Below are positions 30,208-39,301 of a DNA stretch of 64,000 bases, piece after piece. The stretch's first letter is position 1. The number at the start of each line of letters is the position of its first letter. Source of the DNA: an uncultured bacterium (GTDB lineage Bacteria; Desulfobacterota; GWC2-55-46; JAJCZF01); assembly GCA_965372515.1 (NCBI GenBank), contig CBDVCO010000001.1, positions 686 through 64,685 on the forward strand, written 5' to 3'. The position numbers and the translations under genes were made by a program. Below the pieces are notes generated by a model, which was given only the letters and a program-made list of their open reading frames with translations, did not search any database and was not told the DNA's origin.

Positions 30208-31071
30208 ATGGGCACTATCGGGCCAGCGAGTTTACTAATGATAGATAGAAAAACCCTGGAGATAAGTTCCTTCTCGTTCTTTCTTCTGATTATTATCTCC
30301 ATCTATTCCATTTTGACTTACGAGAGAAACTCCCACTGGGCCGACGAGTTGACCCTGTGGGAGGATGCGCAATTAAAATCACCATCTAAATCAAGGCCTT
30401 ATACCTACGCAGGTGTTGCTTACGCAAAAGATAAACGCCTGAAGGAGGCCTACAATAACCTCTCTCGAGCGGTTATGCTAAACCCGGCCGATATAGAGGC
30501 CAGATATAACCTCTCGATATTATATATGGAGCTTGGGAGATTTGATCTTGCTGAGGTTGGGTTCAAAAACGCCATAGAGAGCAGGCCGGAACTCAAAGAG
30601 TCCTATCTGGCGCTCTTTGACCTCTACTCTAAACAAGACCGCCCCGAGAAAGCGGCCTCCATTCTCGCTAGCGCCCAGTCCATGTGGCCTAATAATATAG
30701 GGATACGCCTGAAACTCGCCACCGCAAACGCCAGGAGCGGAAAGCTAAAAGAGGCTAAAGAGGGATACAATTGGGTTTTAAAGCGCGCTCGTGCCCGGAC
30801 GGAGGCGATAAGCGGACTCGGCAACATATATATGCTTGAGGGAAACTACACCCTTGCGCTCTCATATTACGAAAAGGCCATTGAGCTTCGCCCAGGCGAC
30901 CCGGTTGCCATCTACAACGCGGCACTTGTCTCAGAAAAACTTGGTGATAATGAGAAGGCCCTGAAATTCTACGCTCTCTTCATCAAGGCCGCTTCGGCTT
31001 CTGCCGAGCCTTATAATGAAGCCGTAAGAAATGCAAGGGAACGGGTCATACAAATAAGATCAGGTAACTAG
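30208..31071 (+). CDS. Membrane-anchored TPR-repeat protein (alternative start at 30238).
   Basis: One N-terminal TM helix, then about 6 TPR repeats. Confidence 0.5.
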   Translation: MGTIGPASLLMIDRKTLEISSFSFFLLIIISIYSILTYERNSHWADELTLWEDAQLKSPSKSRPYTYAGVAYAKDKRLKEAYNNLSRAVMLNPADIEARYNLSILYMELGRFDLAEVGFKNAIESRPELKESYLALFDLYSKQDRPEKAASILASAQSMWPNNIGIRLKLATANARSGKLKEAKEGYNWVLKRARARTEAISGLGNIYMLEGNYTLALSYYEKAIELRPGDPVAIYNAALVSEKLGDNEKALKFYALFIKAASASAEPYNEAVRNARERVIQIRSGN

Positions 31072-31225
31072 GTGCTTTAGAAATATGGCCCGGGCCGCAG
31101 TACCAATGGCCGGCACGAAAACCTTGACACCAATATTTTTACTATAGTATCATAAAGAATAGTGCATATAGACAAATAGACGCTATCCTGACTTGATCAC
31201 CTAAAAGAAAAGAGAAAAATTTACC

Positions 31226-32284
31226 ATGATAAAAAATAAGCTCCTAAAGATACTCTTCTCTCTTGCCGTGCCTTTGATGCTCTTCAGCTGCGGAGAGCCG
31301 AAGCTGAAAGAGCTCGTATGGCCCAACCTCCCGGACATACCTAGAATCAGGTACGTAAAGAGCTATCGCGGCCCTTCGGACATAGTTAAGAAGAGTTTCC
31401 TCATAGAGTCCCTGCTTGGCTCTTCAGGGTCGGTACGCTTTAGTAAACCGATGGGCATACTCTACGACGACAAAAGAGACAGGCTCATAATTGCGGACAC
31501 CGCCAAAAAGACCATCTTTATCATGGACAAAAAAAATGAGAGCTATTCAGCCCTGCACATAAGAGGCAGAGAGGCGTTTACTAAGCCGATTACCCCCAGA
31601 CTGGACTCCAAAGGCAGAATATTCGTCACAGACAGCGCCGGCAAACAGGTTTTGATGTTCACCAATGCCGGCAAATACATAAAACATGTCTTCAAGGACG
31701 GCAGATGGACAAGGCCCAGCGGAATCGCAATAGACAAAAAAAGAAAGAGGATCTACGTCTCAGACACGCACAAGCACAGGATTCAGGTATTTGACGAAGA
31801 TAGCCTGAAACTCATCCAGACCATAGGGGGCATACGTGGAACGGAAGAGGGGGAGATGAACTTCCCCACACACATGTTCGTCAATAAAAATAACGGAGAC
31901 CTGCTAGTCACAGACACAATGAACGCCAGGGTGCAGATCTTTGACTACAAGGGACGTTTTAAACTCACATTCGGCCAATTCGGCGACGGGCCCGGATTTT
32001 TCGCTCGTCCCAAAGGGATCGCCGTAGACTCTGAAGACCATATCTATGTAGCGGACGCGGGCTTCAATAACATTCAAATATTTGATTACGAAGGCAACAA
32101 CCTCATGGCCTTTTCAGGCTTCGGACGGGGTAGAGGGGCCATGATCCTTCCTGCCGGGATCTATATAGACGATGACGACATTATCTATGTATCCGACTCC
32201 TTCAATGAAAGAATTAATATCTATGAATTCATGGGGGATAAGTACAAAGAGAGGAAAAAGAAGGGTATAGTCCTGGATAGATGA
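31226..32284 (+). CDS. NHL-repeat (6-bladed beta-propeller) lipoprotein.
   Basis: Lipobox LFSCG. Repeated YV(S/A)D...(I/V)Q(V/I)FD NHL blades. Confidence 0.65.
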   Translation: MIKNKLLKILFSLAVPLMLFSCGEPKLKELVWPNLPDIPRIRYVKSYRGPSDIVKKSFLIESLLGSSGSVRFSKPMGILYDDKRDRLIIADTAKKTIFIMDKKNESYSALHIRGREAFTKPITPRLDSKGRIFVTDSAGKQVLMFTNAGKYIKHVFKDGRWTRPSGIAIDKKRKRIYVSDTHKHRIQVFDEDSLKLIQTIGGIRGTEEGEMNFPTHMFVNKNNGDLLVTDTMNARVQIFDYKGRFKLTFGQFGDGPGFFARPKGIAVDSEDHIYVADAGFNNIQIFDYEGNNLMAFSGFGRGRGAMILPAGIYIDDDDIIYVSDSFNERINIYEFMGDKYKERKKKGIVLDR

Positions 32285-32477
32285 TTTGCGTGCAGGGGCC
32301 TTTAGCGTAATACGGATGCAAATTTACTCCCCGCCAGGTCAATAATAGCGTAACCAACTGTAATATATACACAAGTTCACCTCCACGCAAGCACTTATCC
32401 GGCAAGCCAACCCCGCCTTATCCCCCAATATTAAGAAAAAAATGCACGATATTGATTAAAATCCGTTAATTTTTTCC

Positions 32478-32506
32478 TTGACAGATTTTAATATTGGGTA
32501 TAATAT
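32478..32506 (+). promoter_or_regulatory. Sigma-70-type promoter (TTGACA, with TATAAT at a 15-nt spacer or TAATAT at 17 nt) about 270 nt upstream of the tetraheme cytochrome gene.
   Basis: Consensus hexamers read directly from the sequence. It implies a 5' leader of about 265 nt. Confidence 0.45.
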
Positions 32507-32648
32507 TGGTAGTAACTACGGATCAACATGGCTCATGAAGGGCCCTCTAGCTCCGGAGTACATAGAGGTTATGTACCTGTCGATTCATGACGGATCAGCA
32601 GGTATTAATGGCGATGATGCCGCAATACTGCCTACGGCTGGCAGTTTT

Positions 32649-32677
32649 GAAGGTATTTTTTTATTTAAAATACCTTC
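32649..32677 (+). promoter_or_regulatory. Perfect 11-bp AU-rich hairpin (GAAGGUAUUUU/AAAAUACCUUC) in the long leader of the tetraheme cytochrome gene.
   Basis: Inverted repeat read directly. It overlaps the 3' end of a possible 51-codon uORF. Confidence 0.4.
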
Positions 32678-32777
32678 AAAAGACGACTGACGAGGGTTGT
32701 CTTCCAGATCTACCGTCCCTTTATAGTAAAGAGACGGAGATTAAAAAGATTTAGTTGTTTTTGAAAGGAGTTACACA

Positions 32778-33719
32778 ATGAAAAAGCTACTTACTTTTGC
32801 AGTAGGTCTCGGCCTCGTCTTCGCCGTAGCCAGCACAGCGTCAGCCATTACAAATCCTACAGACTACTCTGATGGCGACATAGCTAACGGTATTGTAAAC
32901 TCAAGGCACAACCTTGGTTCAACAGGCGTTCACTTCAGGGCCGACAACACGAACTCATCAACCGACACTGCTTCAGGCGGCGGCGGCACGAGTGAGGTCT
33001 GTATCTTCTGTCACACTCCTCACCACGGTTCAACCAACGCTCCGTTGTGGAACAAAGGCTCACAGTCTACAGCTAACTACACAACCTACGGTACAACGGT
33101 TGGCGGAACAAGCGCCGACACCACTCCTGGCGCCGCGACACTCGCGTGCTTGAGCTGCCACGATGGTGTTAACACCTTTGACACCATTGTCAACTGGCCT
33201 GGTAAGAGCGGTACGGGTACCAACGATAACGGCGGCGTGTCAACAGACATGGGCTGGTTATTCACCGAAGATGGTAACACCATGAGCGACTACATGACTT
33301 CAGGCAGGTTGAACCTCGGTACCGATCTACGTAATGACCACCCGGTATCCATAACCTACACTGAGGACAGAGCGTCACTCAGGCCTGTAAGCACTCAGAT
33401 CACCAGTGTAACCATGGAGAACGATGTGCTTACCGTTGTAGCGACCACATCAACATCAGCCACGACAACTGAGAACCTGTGGGCTGTAGGTGGTTACCTT
33501 GACGGAACCGCTTCCATTGACGGTATCCTCAGGAACGGTAAGGTCGAGTGTTCTTCATGCCACGACCCGCACTTCAAAAACCAGTCTTGGGATGAAGTCG
33601 CCGGTACATGGGGCGGTGGTAATGTCGTTGATGGTTCAGACGACATGGACGGTCTCTTCCTTAGAAGGGTCGGCGGTAACAGTCTCAGCGGTGTATGCAG
33701 AACCTGCCACAACAAGTAA
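32778..33719 (+). CDS. Secreted Thr/Gly-rich tetraheme c-type cytochrome of the doubled-CXXCH family.
   Basis: Sec signal ending ASA. Four CxxCH motifs (CIFCHTPHH, CLSCH, CSSCHDPH, CRTCH) with the SRHNL...C.FCHTPH pattern. Poly-Thr/Gly linkers. AAGGAG SD. Confidence 0.65.
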   Translation: MKKLLTFAVGLGLVFAVASTASAITNPTDYSDGDIANGIVNSRHNLGSTGVHFRADNTNSSTDTASGGGGTSEVCIFCHTPHHGSTNAPLWNKGSQSTANYTTYGTTVGGTSADTTPGAATLACLSCHDGVNTFDTIVNWPGKSGTGTNDNGGVSTDMGWLFTEDGNTMSDYMTSGRLNLGTDLRNDHPVSITYTEDRASLRPVSTQITSVTMENDVLTVVATTSTSATTTENLWAVGGYLDGTASIDGILRNGKVECSSCHDPHFKNQSWDEVAGTWGGGNVVDGSDDMDGLFLRRVGGNSLSGVCRTCHNK

Positions 33720-33772
33720 TTGTTCTGGCATAAGAAAAAAGAAAACGGTTAGAGCTAAAGATAACCGTTTAG

Positions 33773-33811
33773 AAAAAAAAGACGGGCCGTTCTTCGGCCC
33801 GTCTTTTTTTT
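33773..33811. terminator. Strong bidirectional intrinsic terminator.
   Basis: A8-GACGGGCCG-ttctt-CGGCCCGTC-T8, preceded by a second hairpin at 33743-33770. Confidence 0.8.
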
Positions 33812-34115
33812 ATCTTCTCTTTGCCTTTCTCCGTCAATAACCAGAGAGAGATAAGCCGCGCCAAATTAAAATCTTTTAATAACCGCCTAATCATGATTTT
33901 ATGCTATCCGGTTAAAATAGTGCCAGAATATTAATGTCTTACAGGTACTCGCGGGGCTATATATTTGCAGATCATACCGTTAAAAATATCTTTCGTTCTT
34001 AACGCACTCGAGAATTTATCCTTATTGACAAGAGATAATCGCTACGGGAACCATAACCACCTTGCCACCATTACTTAAACGGGTGTCAAGACAAACTCTT
34101 ACGGAGACAGTCGCC

Positions 34116-35159
34116 ATGAAGAAATTCTTTTCCCTCTCTCTATCTTTCATTCTACTGCTAACCTTATCCATCGGTCTATATATATCGGAGGTCAAGGCTG
34201 AAGAGGGCACATCTGCCGAGCAAACCCCCGCGGATGAAACATATGACCCTGATAAAGATCTCGTGGCAAAGGTAAACGACCATGAGATAACATATACAAA
34301 CTTCCAGATAGCCATAAACAACTTAATGCCAAAATTGGCCTATCATAAGTCAGTCAGTGAAAGACGCATGAAGATGATAGAAGAAAAGGCCCTGAATAAT
34401 CTTATAATGGACCATCTACTCTATGAAGAGGCAATAAATAGATCCATCAAGGTAACCAAAAGAGAGATCAAACAGGCAACAAGAAATTTTCAAAACAAAC
34501 TGCCAAAAGGCACGACTCTTAGAAAGGTATTGAAACAAAGCAATATGACCAGAGATGACCTTAAAGAGGTATTTAGAAGGTCGATGCTGATCCGGAAGAT
34601 CAGAGACGAATCAAACGAGGAATTCAACAAAAAGGTAGAAGAGCGGGTCAACGAAGAGTACATGAAAGAGTACTATGACAATAATCTCGACAAATTCGTA
34701 GAGCCTGAGAAACTACACCTGAGCGAGATACTCTTGAAGGCGGATCCTTCAGGCGGCAAGAGGCACTGGCTGGAGGTAAGGGATCAAACACTCGCCGTAG
34801 AAGCCAGAATTCGTGGTGGCGCTGACTTTGCCGAGGTGGCAAAAGAGGTCTCTCAAGACGCTTATGCTCCCAAGGGGGGCGATATGGGTTGGGCGCACTC
34901 AGGTACCCTGACAGTAGGACTTGAGGAAGCGGCACGAAAGCTTAAAGCCGGAGAGATAAGCGGTCCGATAGAAACACTCTACGGCTATCACATCATAAAA
35001 CTTCAGAAAAGAAAGCCCAAAAAGCTTAAGCCGTACGATGAATTGAATCATGAGAAATTGAAGAAAGAACTCAATATGTCCGAGTATAAAAGGCTAAAAG
35101 ATGAATGGCTTGATTCTCTTAAAGAGAAGGCCGTAATCGTATATTTTGATGATAAATAA
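34116..35159 (+). CDS. Periplasmic SurA/PrsA-like peptidyl-prolyl cis-trans isomerase (parvulin/PpiC type).
   Basis: Signal peptide, SurA-N-like helical domain, parvulin domain (GGDMGW...GYHIIK). GGAGA SD before ATG 34116. Confidence 0.7.
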   Translation: MKKFFSLSLSFILLLTLSIGLYISEVKAEEGTSAEQTPADETYDPDKDLVAKVNDHEITYTNFQIAINNLMPKLAYHKSVSERRMKMIEEKALNNLIMDHLLYEEAINRSIKVTKREIKQATRNFQNKLPKGTTLRKVLKQSNMTRDDLKEVFRRSMLIRKIRDESNEEFNKKVEERVNEEYMKEYYDNNLDKFVEPEKLHLSEILLKADPSGGKRHWLEVRDQTLAVEARIRGGADFAEVAKEVSQDAYAPKGGDMGWAHSGTLTVGLEEAARKLKAGEISGPIETLYGYHIIKLQKRKPKKLKPYDELNHEKLKKELNMSEYKRLKDEWLDSLKEKAVIVYFDDK

Positions 35160-35649
35160 GAATCCACATCTTCTAATTACGGCTTTTACGGCTGCCTTGC
35201 TCCTTTCATTTGCCGGTGGTTGCGGTCAGGATAGGGCTGAGAAGAGTTCAAAAAAAGAACCTCTTGCCGCCAGCACTACCCCGGCCAGCTACGTTAAAGA
35301 GATACCTCCGGCAGAGCCTGGAGATATTGCTCTAGGCAAGCTCGTCTATGAAAAACACTGCCATTACTGCCATGGAAGAAAAGGGCGTGGCAAAGGTGCG
35401 GTCTCAATAGCGGTCGTCCCTAACCCGGCCGATTTTATACGCGACGAAAAACGTATGGCAGTAACCGACGAAGCACTCTTTAAGTCATTGACATACGGGA
35501 TTACCAAGGAGAGCGGCGGACAAAAGCTTGAGAAAGCGCTGGCAATGCCTCCTTTTAAGGGGGTCTTAACAGTCAAAGAACGTTGGGACGTTATTGCCTA
35601 CATAAGGGAGCTTGTCAGAGAATCAGGGAGCGAAAAAAAAGAAAATTAA
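35146..35649 (+). CDS. Monoheme class-I cytochrome c lipoprotein.
   Basis: Lipobox FAGGCG, single CHYCH heme site, distal Met region (LAMPPF). Overlaps the PpiC gene by 14 nt. Confidence 0.6.
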   Translation: MMINKNPHLLITAFTAALLLSFAGGCGQDRAEKSSKKEPLAASTTPASYVKEIPPAEPGDIALGKLVYEKHCHYCHGRKGRGKGAVSIAVVPNPADFIRDEKRMAVTDEALFKSLTYGITKESGGQKLEKALAMPPFKGVLTVKERWDVIAYIRELVRESGSEKKEN

Positions 35650-35683
35650 CTACATTTCTTATTATTTATAAAGCTTTAGACTT

Positions 35684-35692
35684 TGTTATAAT
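35684..35692 (+). promoter_or_regulatory. Extended -10 promoter element (TGtTATAAT) upstream of the cyt-FGE operon.
   Basis: TGnTATAAT read directly, about 107 nt upstream of ATG 35799 in an AT-rich spacer. Confidence 0.3.
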
Positions 35693-35798
35693 GAGGTGTA
35701 TATGATATAATTTCTTTAGCAATTACAATATCTTAAGCAATAGACAACTATAGACTGACATCAGGATTAGACCGGCCTTCTCTCAATATCTTAAATGG

Positions 35799-36818
35799 AT
35801 GGATACCCCAATGAAACATTCAAGTTTTAAAAGATTATCTTCTTTTCTACTCTTTTTCGCCGTTCTCCTAATCTCCATGCCTGCCTTTTCAAACCCGAAC
35901 GATTACCATCCGGAAACCGGCGAGCCCAAGTGCATGAACTGCCATACCCCTGATAGAAAATACTCAATAGATTATACACGCCAGGAGAGTTGCGCCGAGT
36001 GCCACGGATCAGGCTTGAGCGAACGATATCTATCCATAAACGGGCGCTATCAAAAGATAGAGGATCATGCCGGAAACGAGCCCATAATAGTGGCAAAAGT
36101 GAACTCGGCTAAAAAAAATCCAACCAAAGCCTCCACAAAGGAGATGATCCTTATAAAGGCAGGCGAATTCACCATGGGGTCTAACGACTGGTGGCCCAAG
36201 AGCCAACCGGAGCACAAAAGAGACCTGAAAGCATTTTATATAGATAAATTCGAGGTGACCAACCGCCGCTACATGGAATTCGTCAAGGCTACCGGCTACC
36301 CCCATCCAAAACACTGGAGAGGAGGAGTAATACCGCCGGACAGGCTGGAACACCCGGTAACTTATGTAAACTGGTTCGATGCCGATAATTTCTGCAGGTG
36401 GGAGGGTAAGAGGCTTCCCACCGAACCTGAGTGGGAAAAGGCGGCCAGAGGAACCGACAAAAGGACCTTTCCGTGGGGCGATAAATTCGATAAAGAGAAA
36501 GGGAATACGCCGCAATACGGCCACGGCGATACTCTACCGGTTGGGAGCTTTACCAGCGGTGTAAGCCCCTACGGTGCCCATGATATGGCCGGCAATGTCT
36601 TTGAATGGTTAAGCGACTGGTTTCAACCGTATCCCGGGAACAACCACCCGGATGAAAACTACGGCGAGCTGTACAAAATTGTCCGCGGCGGTTCATGGTA
36701 CGACTGCACATATTATAAATGCGGAATCAGCGCGCCTACCTATAACCGTATATTCTTCAACCCCTACACAAAGAACAATAATTTCGGTTTCAGATGTGTG
36801 AAAGATGATAAGAAATGA
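35799..36818 (+). CDS. Exported fusion protein: N-terminal diheme cytochrome c plus an FGE-sulfatase (SUMF1/formylglycine-generating-enzyme family) domain that retains the Cys-x4-Cys pair.
   Basis: Signal peptide, CMNCH and CAECH heme motifs. FGE-family core (HPVTYVNWFDA..FCRW.GKRLPTEPEWEKAARG; RGGSWYDCTYYKCG; FGFRCVKD). Confidence 0.65.
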   Translation: MDTPMKHSSFKRLSSFLLFFAVLLISMPAFSNPNDYHPETGEPKCMNCHTPDRKYSIDYTRQESCAECHGSGLSERYLSINGRYQKIEDHAGNEPIIVAKVNSAKKNPTKASTKEMILIKAGEFTMGSNDWWPKSQPEHKRDLKAFYIDKFEVTNRRYMEFVKATGYPHPKHWRGGVIPPDRLEHPVTYVNWFDADNFCRWEGKRLPTEPEWEKAARGTDKRTFPWGDKFDKEKGNTPQYGHGDTLPVGSFTSGVSPYGAHDMAGNVFEWLSDWFQPYPGNNHPDENYGELYKIVRGGSWYDCTYYKCGISAPTYNRIFFNPYTKNNNFGFRCVKDDKK

Positions 36819-38401
36819 AAAACTCTGAGAGAGAATTAAAAAACGGTGCCAGGTTCTTCGTCTTTACAACCTTTGTAAGCGGTGCCGTTATAATGGTCGT
36901 TGAGTTGCTAGGCTCAAGGATTATCGGCCCTTCTTTCGGAGTAAGCCTCTTCATCTGGACTTCTCTTATAACCGTCACTCTTGTGTCCCTCGCACTTGGT
37001 TACTGGCTCGGCGGGAAGCTCGCCGACCACAAGAGCTCCCCTACCGTACTCTTCACCATCATCCTCGTTGCCGGACTCTCACTCCTGCTGGTCCCGCTTA
37101 TAAAGAGCTTTATAATTTCCAACGCCCTCTTTCTCGGACTGAGGCTTGGCACCCTTGTAAGTTCTTCCATACTTTTCGGCCCGCCTCTCTTCCTCCTTGG
37201 CATGGTAACGCCCTATATTGTAAAGCTCAGCTTCGAGGACAAAACTACAATTGGAAAGACCGTCGGGTGGTTATATGCCATCAGCACGGCAGGGAGCGTA
37301 GTCGGAACCGTCTTAACCGGTTTTCTACTGATACCGAGACTTGGGGTAGACAATATAGTATACCTATCTTCGCTGGTACTTATTTCCTTAAATGCGATCT
37401 ATTGGCTCTTTTTTAAGAATCGATACATCTATCTTTGCCTGATTTTAATTCCTGTTGCGCTGATACTGATGCCTGAGAGACAGTTAAGTGTCTTACGCGA
37501 AGATGGTACCAAAGTCTCTGTTAAAGTTAATAAGGACAGCCCTTACGGACAAATCAAGGTGGTTGATTACTCATACGGCGACACACTTTACAGGGAATTC
37601 CTTATTGAGAATATAATACAGGGAGGAATTGACGTCAACTCCGGGTTATCGATCTTTAAATACCAATACCATCTCGAACAACTCGCGCACGCGTACGCAA
37701 ATGACGCCAGCAATGCATTAATAATAGGGCTTGGCGCCGGAATCGTGCCCCAAAGGTTCAAGCAGTTTTATAATATAAAGAGCGATATCGCCGAGATCGA
37801 CGAGATGGTGGTTAAGACGGCCAAAGAATACTTCTTTTTTGAACCGGATGAAGGCTCTGTCTTTACGCTCGACGGCCGTTACTTTCTACGCTCAACCAAT
37901 GGACGTTACGACATAATAATACTGGATGCTTTCTCAGGGGACAGTCCGCCAAGCCATATGGTAAGCATTGAAGCCTTTGAGCTTATGAAAAAGAGACTCT
38001 CACGAGACGGAGTATTACTCATTAACTTCCTTGGAAGCAATGAGAAAGAGAATACGTTTGTCCTTTCATCACTTGATAAGACACTAAGGGAGGTTTTTAA
38101 CTTTGTCGATGTCTATGTATCGGAAGAGTACTATCATCAATCGGCGCGGATCTTGAATTTTACATTTGTAGCCTATCTTGAAGACAAGAAGAAGGGAAAA
38201 AAGCTATCAATTCGCCCGCCTATACACGCGCAGTTCACCAGGGACCTGGAGGGACTTCTTGACAGACGGATTTTACTTTCCGGCGACGCCATTACACTTA
38301 CGGACAACTACAACCCAATCGACTTCTACGACATGAAAATGAGAGAATGGCTCAGGGAAGAGAGCATAAAAACAGCCGATCGAATGATTGTCGTTCATTA
38401 G
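36815..38401 (+). CDS. Fused multi-TM membrane domain plus spermidine-synthase-like (aminopropyltransferase-fold) domain.
   Basis: About 7-8 TM N-terminus, then a SpeE-like Rossmann core (LIIGLGAGIVP...DIIILDAF). Start overlaps the upstream gene by 4 nt. Confidence 0.6.
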   Translation: MKNSERELKNGARFFVFTTFVSGAVIMVVELLGSRIIGPSFGVSLFIWTSLITVTLVSLALGYWLGGKLADHKSSPTVLFTIILVAGLSLLLVPLIKSFIISNALFLGLRLGTLVSSSILFGPPLFLLGMVTPYIVKLSFEDKTTIGKTVGWLYAISTAGSVVGTVLTGFLLIPRLGVDNIVYLSSLVLISLNAIYWLFFKNRYIYLCLILIPVALILMPERQLSVLREDGTKVSVKVNKDSPYGQIKVVDYSYGDTLYREFLIENIIQGGIDVNSGLSIFKYQYHLEQLAHAYANDASNALIIGLGAGIVPQRFKQFYNIKSDIAEIDEMVVKTAKEYFFFEPDEGSVFTLDGRYFLRSTNGRYDIIILDAFSGDSPPSHMVSIEAFELMKKRLSRDGVLLINFLGSNEKENTFVLSSLDKTLREVFNFVDVYVSEEYYHQSARILNFTFVAYLEDKKKGKKLSIRPPIHAQFTRDLEGLLDRRILLSGDAITLTDNYNPIDFYDMKMREWLREESIKTADRMIVVH

Positions 38402-38436
38402 TAGAGGAACACAAATATAATATGGGAGAAAAATTA

Positions 38437-39243
38437 ATGAATCACCTATTTCATCAAGCAAAGATAAAATCGAAATTCTACCTTCCTCTTATGGCTATCC
38501 TGATCCTTTTATCCGGCTGCTCAAGGCCTCCTGAAGGAATGGTCAATATCGCCGAAGGGGAGACTATTATTGGCAGCAACGAGATAGACGCCGAAGGTAA
38601 GGCCATACAGTACGGTAATAAGAAACCGTGGTTTCTAAACGAACATCCGGAGCACAAGATCATTGTAAAAGAATTCTATATAGACAAGTTTGAAGTAACA
38701 AATAAAGACTATCGGGAATTCGTAGCCGCCACAAATCACAGAGCACCTTCCTACTGGCAACAAGGTTCGTTCCCGTCCAACTTGTCAGACAACCCTGTCA
38801 ACATGATCAGTTGGTTCGATGCAAAGGCGTACTGTAAATGGAAAAACAAGCGGCTGCCAACCGAGGCTGAGTGGGAAAGAGCGGCACGCGGGAACGACGG
38901 AAGAAGATTCCCATGGGGCAACGACTTCGACCTCAAAAAGCTCAATACCATGGGGATGCACGGTGGCACTACCCCGGTAGGGACATTCATGGAAGGCAAG
39001 AGCCCTTACGGTCTCTTTGATATGGCTGGTAACGTTCAAGAATGGACCCTGGACTCTTACAAGGCGTATTCTGGAAACGATTATGAGGATAACGACTTTG
39101 GCGAAAGGTTTAAAGTAGTACGCGGTGGAGGATGGGGCGGCATAGGCCATTACGCTTCAGAGGTATATGTAAGAACCGCATACAGAAACTATGCCCCGCC
39201 GGGAGGTACCTACGATGACGTTGGATTCAGATGTGCATGGTAG
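38437..39243 (+). CDS. FGE-sulfatase-domain lipoprotein lacking the catalytic Cys pair (PvdO-like, probably non-catalytic).
   Basis: Lipobox LLSGCS. FGE core (NMISWFDAKAYCKWKNKRLPTEAEWERAARG; RGGGWGG...VGFRCAW) without the Cx4C motif. GGGAGA SD before ATG 38437. The ORF-track start at 38347 is rejected. Confidence 0.65.
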   Translation: MNHLFHQAKIKSKFYLPLMAILILLSGCSRPPEGMVNIAEGETIIGSNEIDAEGKAIQYGNKKPWFLNEHPEHKIIVKEFYIDKFEVTNKDYREFVAATNHRAPSYWQQGSFPSNLSDNPVNMISWFDAKAYCKWKNKRLPTEAEWERAARGNDGRRFPWGNDFDLKKLNTMGMHGGTTPVGTFMEGKSPYGLFDMAGNVQEWTLDSYKAYSGNDYEDNDFGERFKVVRGGGWGGIGHYASEVYVRTAYRNYAPPGGTYDDVGFRCAW

Positions 39244-39301
39244 TAATTTTAACCTGAATGACAGACTTGAAAATGTCACTTATTGATCGAGGCTCAAAAA
39301 T

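Noticed and set aside
32478-32690. 70-aa ORF in the leader of the tetraheme cytochrome gene.
   Set aside because: Its TTG start coincides exactly with the -35 TTGACA box, so the full ORF is an artefact. Only the internal 51-codon version starting at ATG 32537 is kept as a possible uORF.
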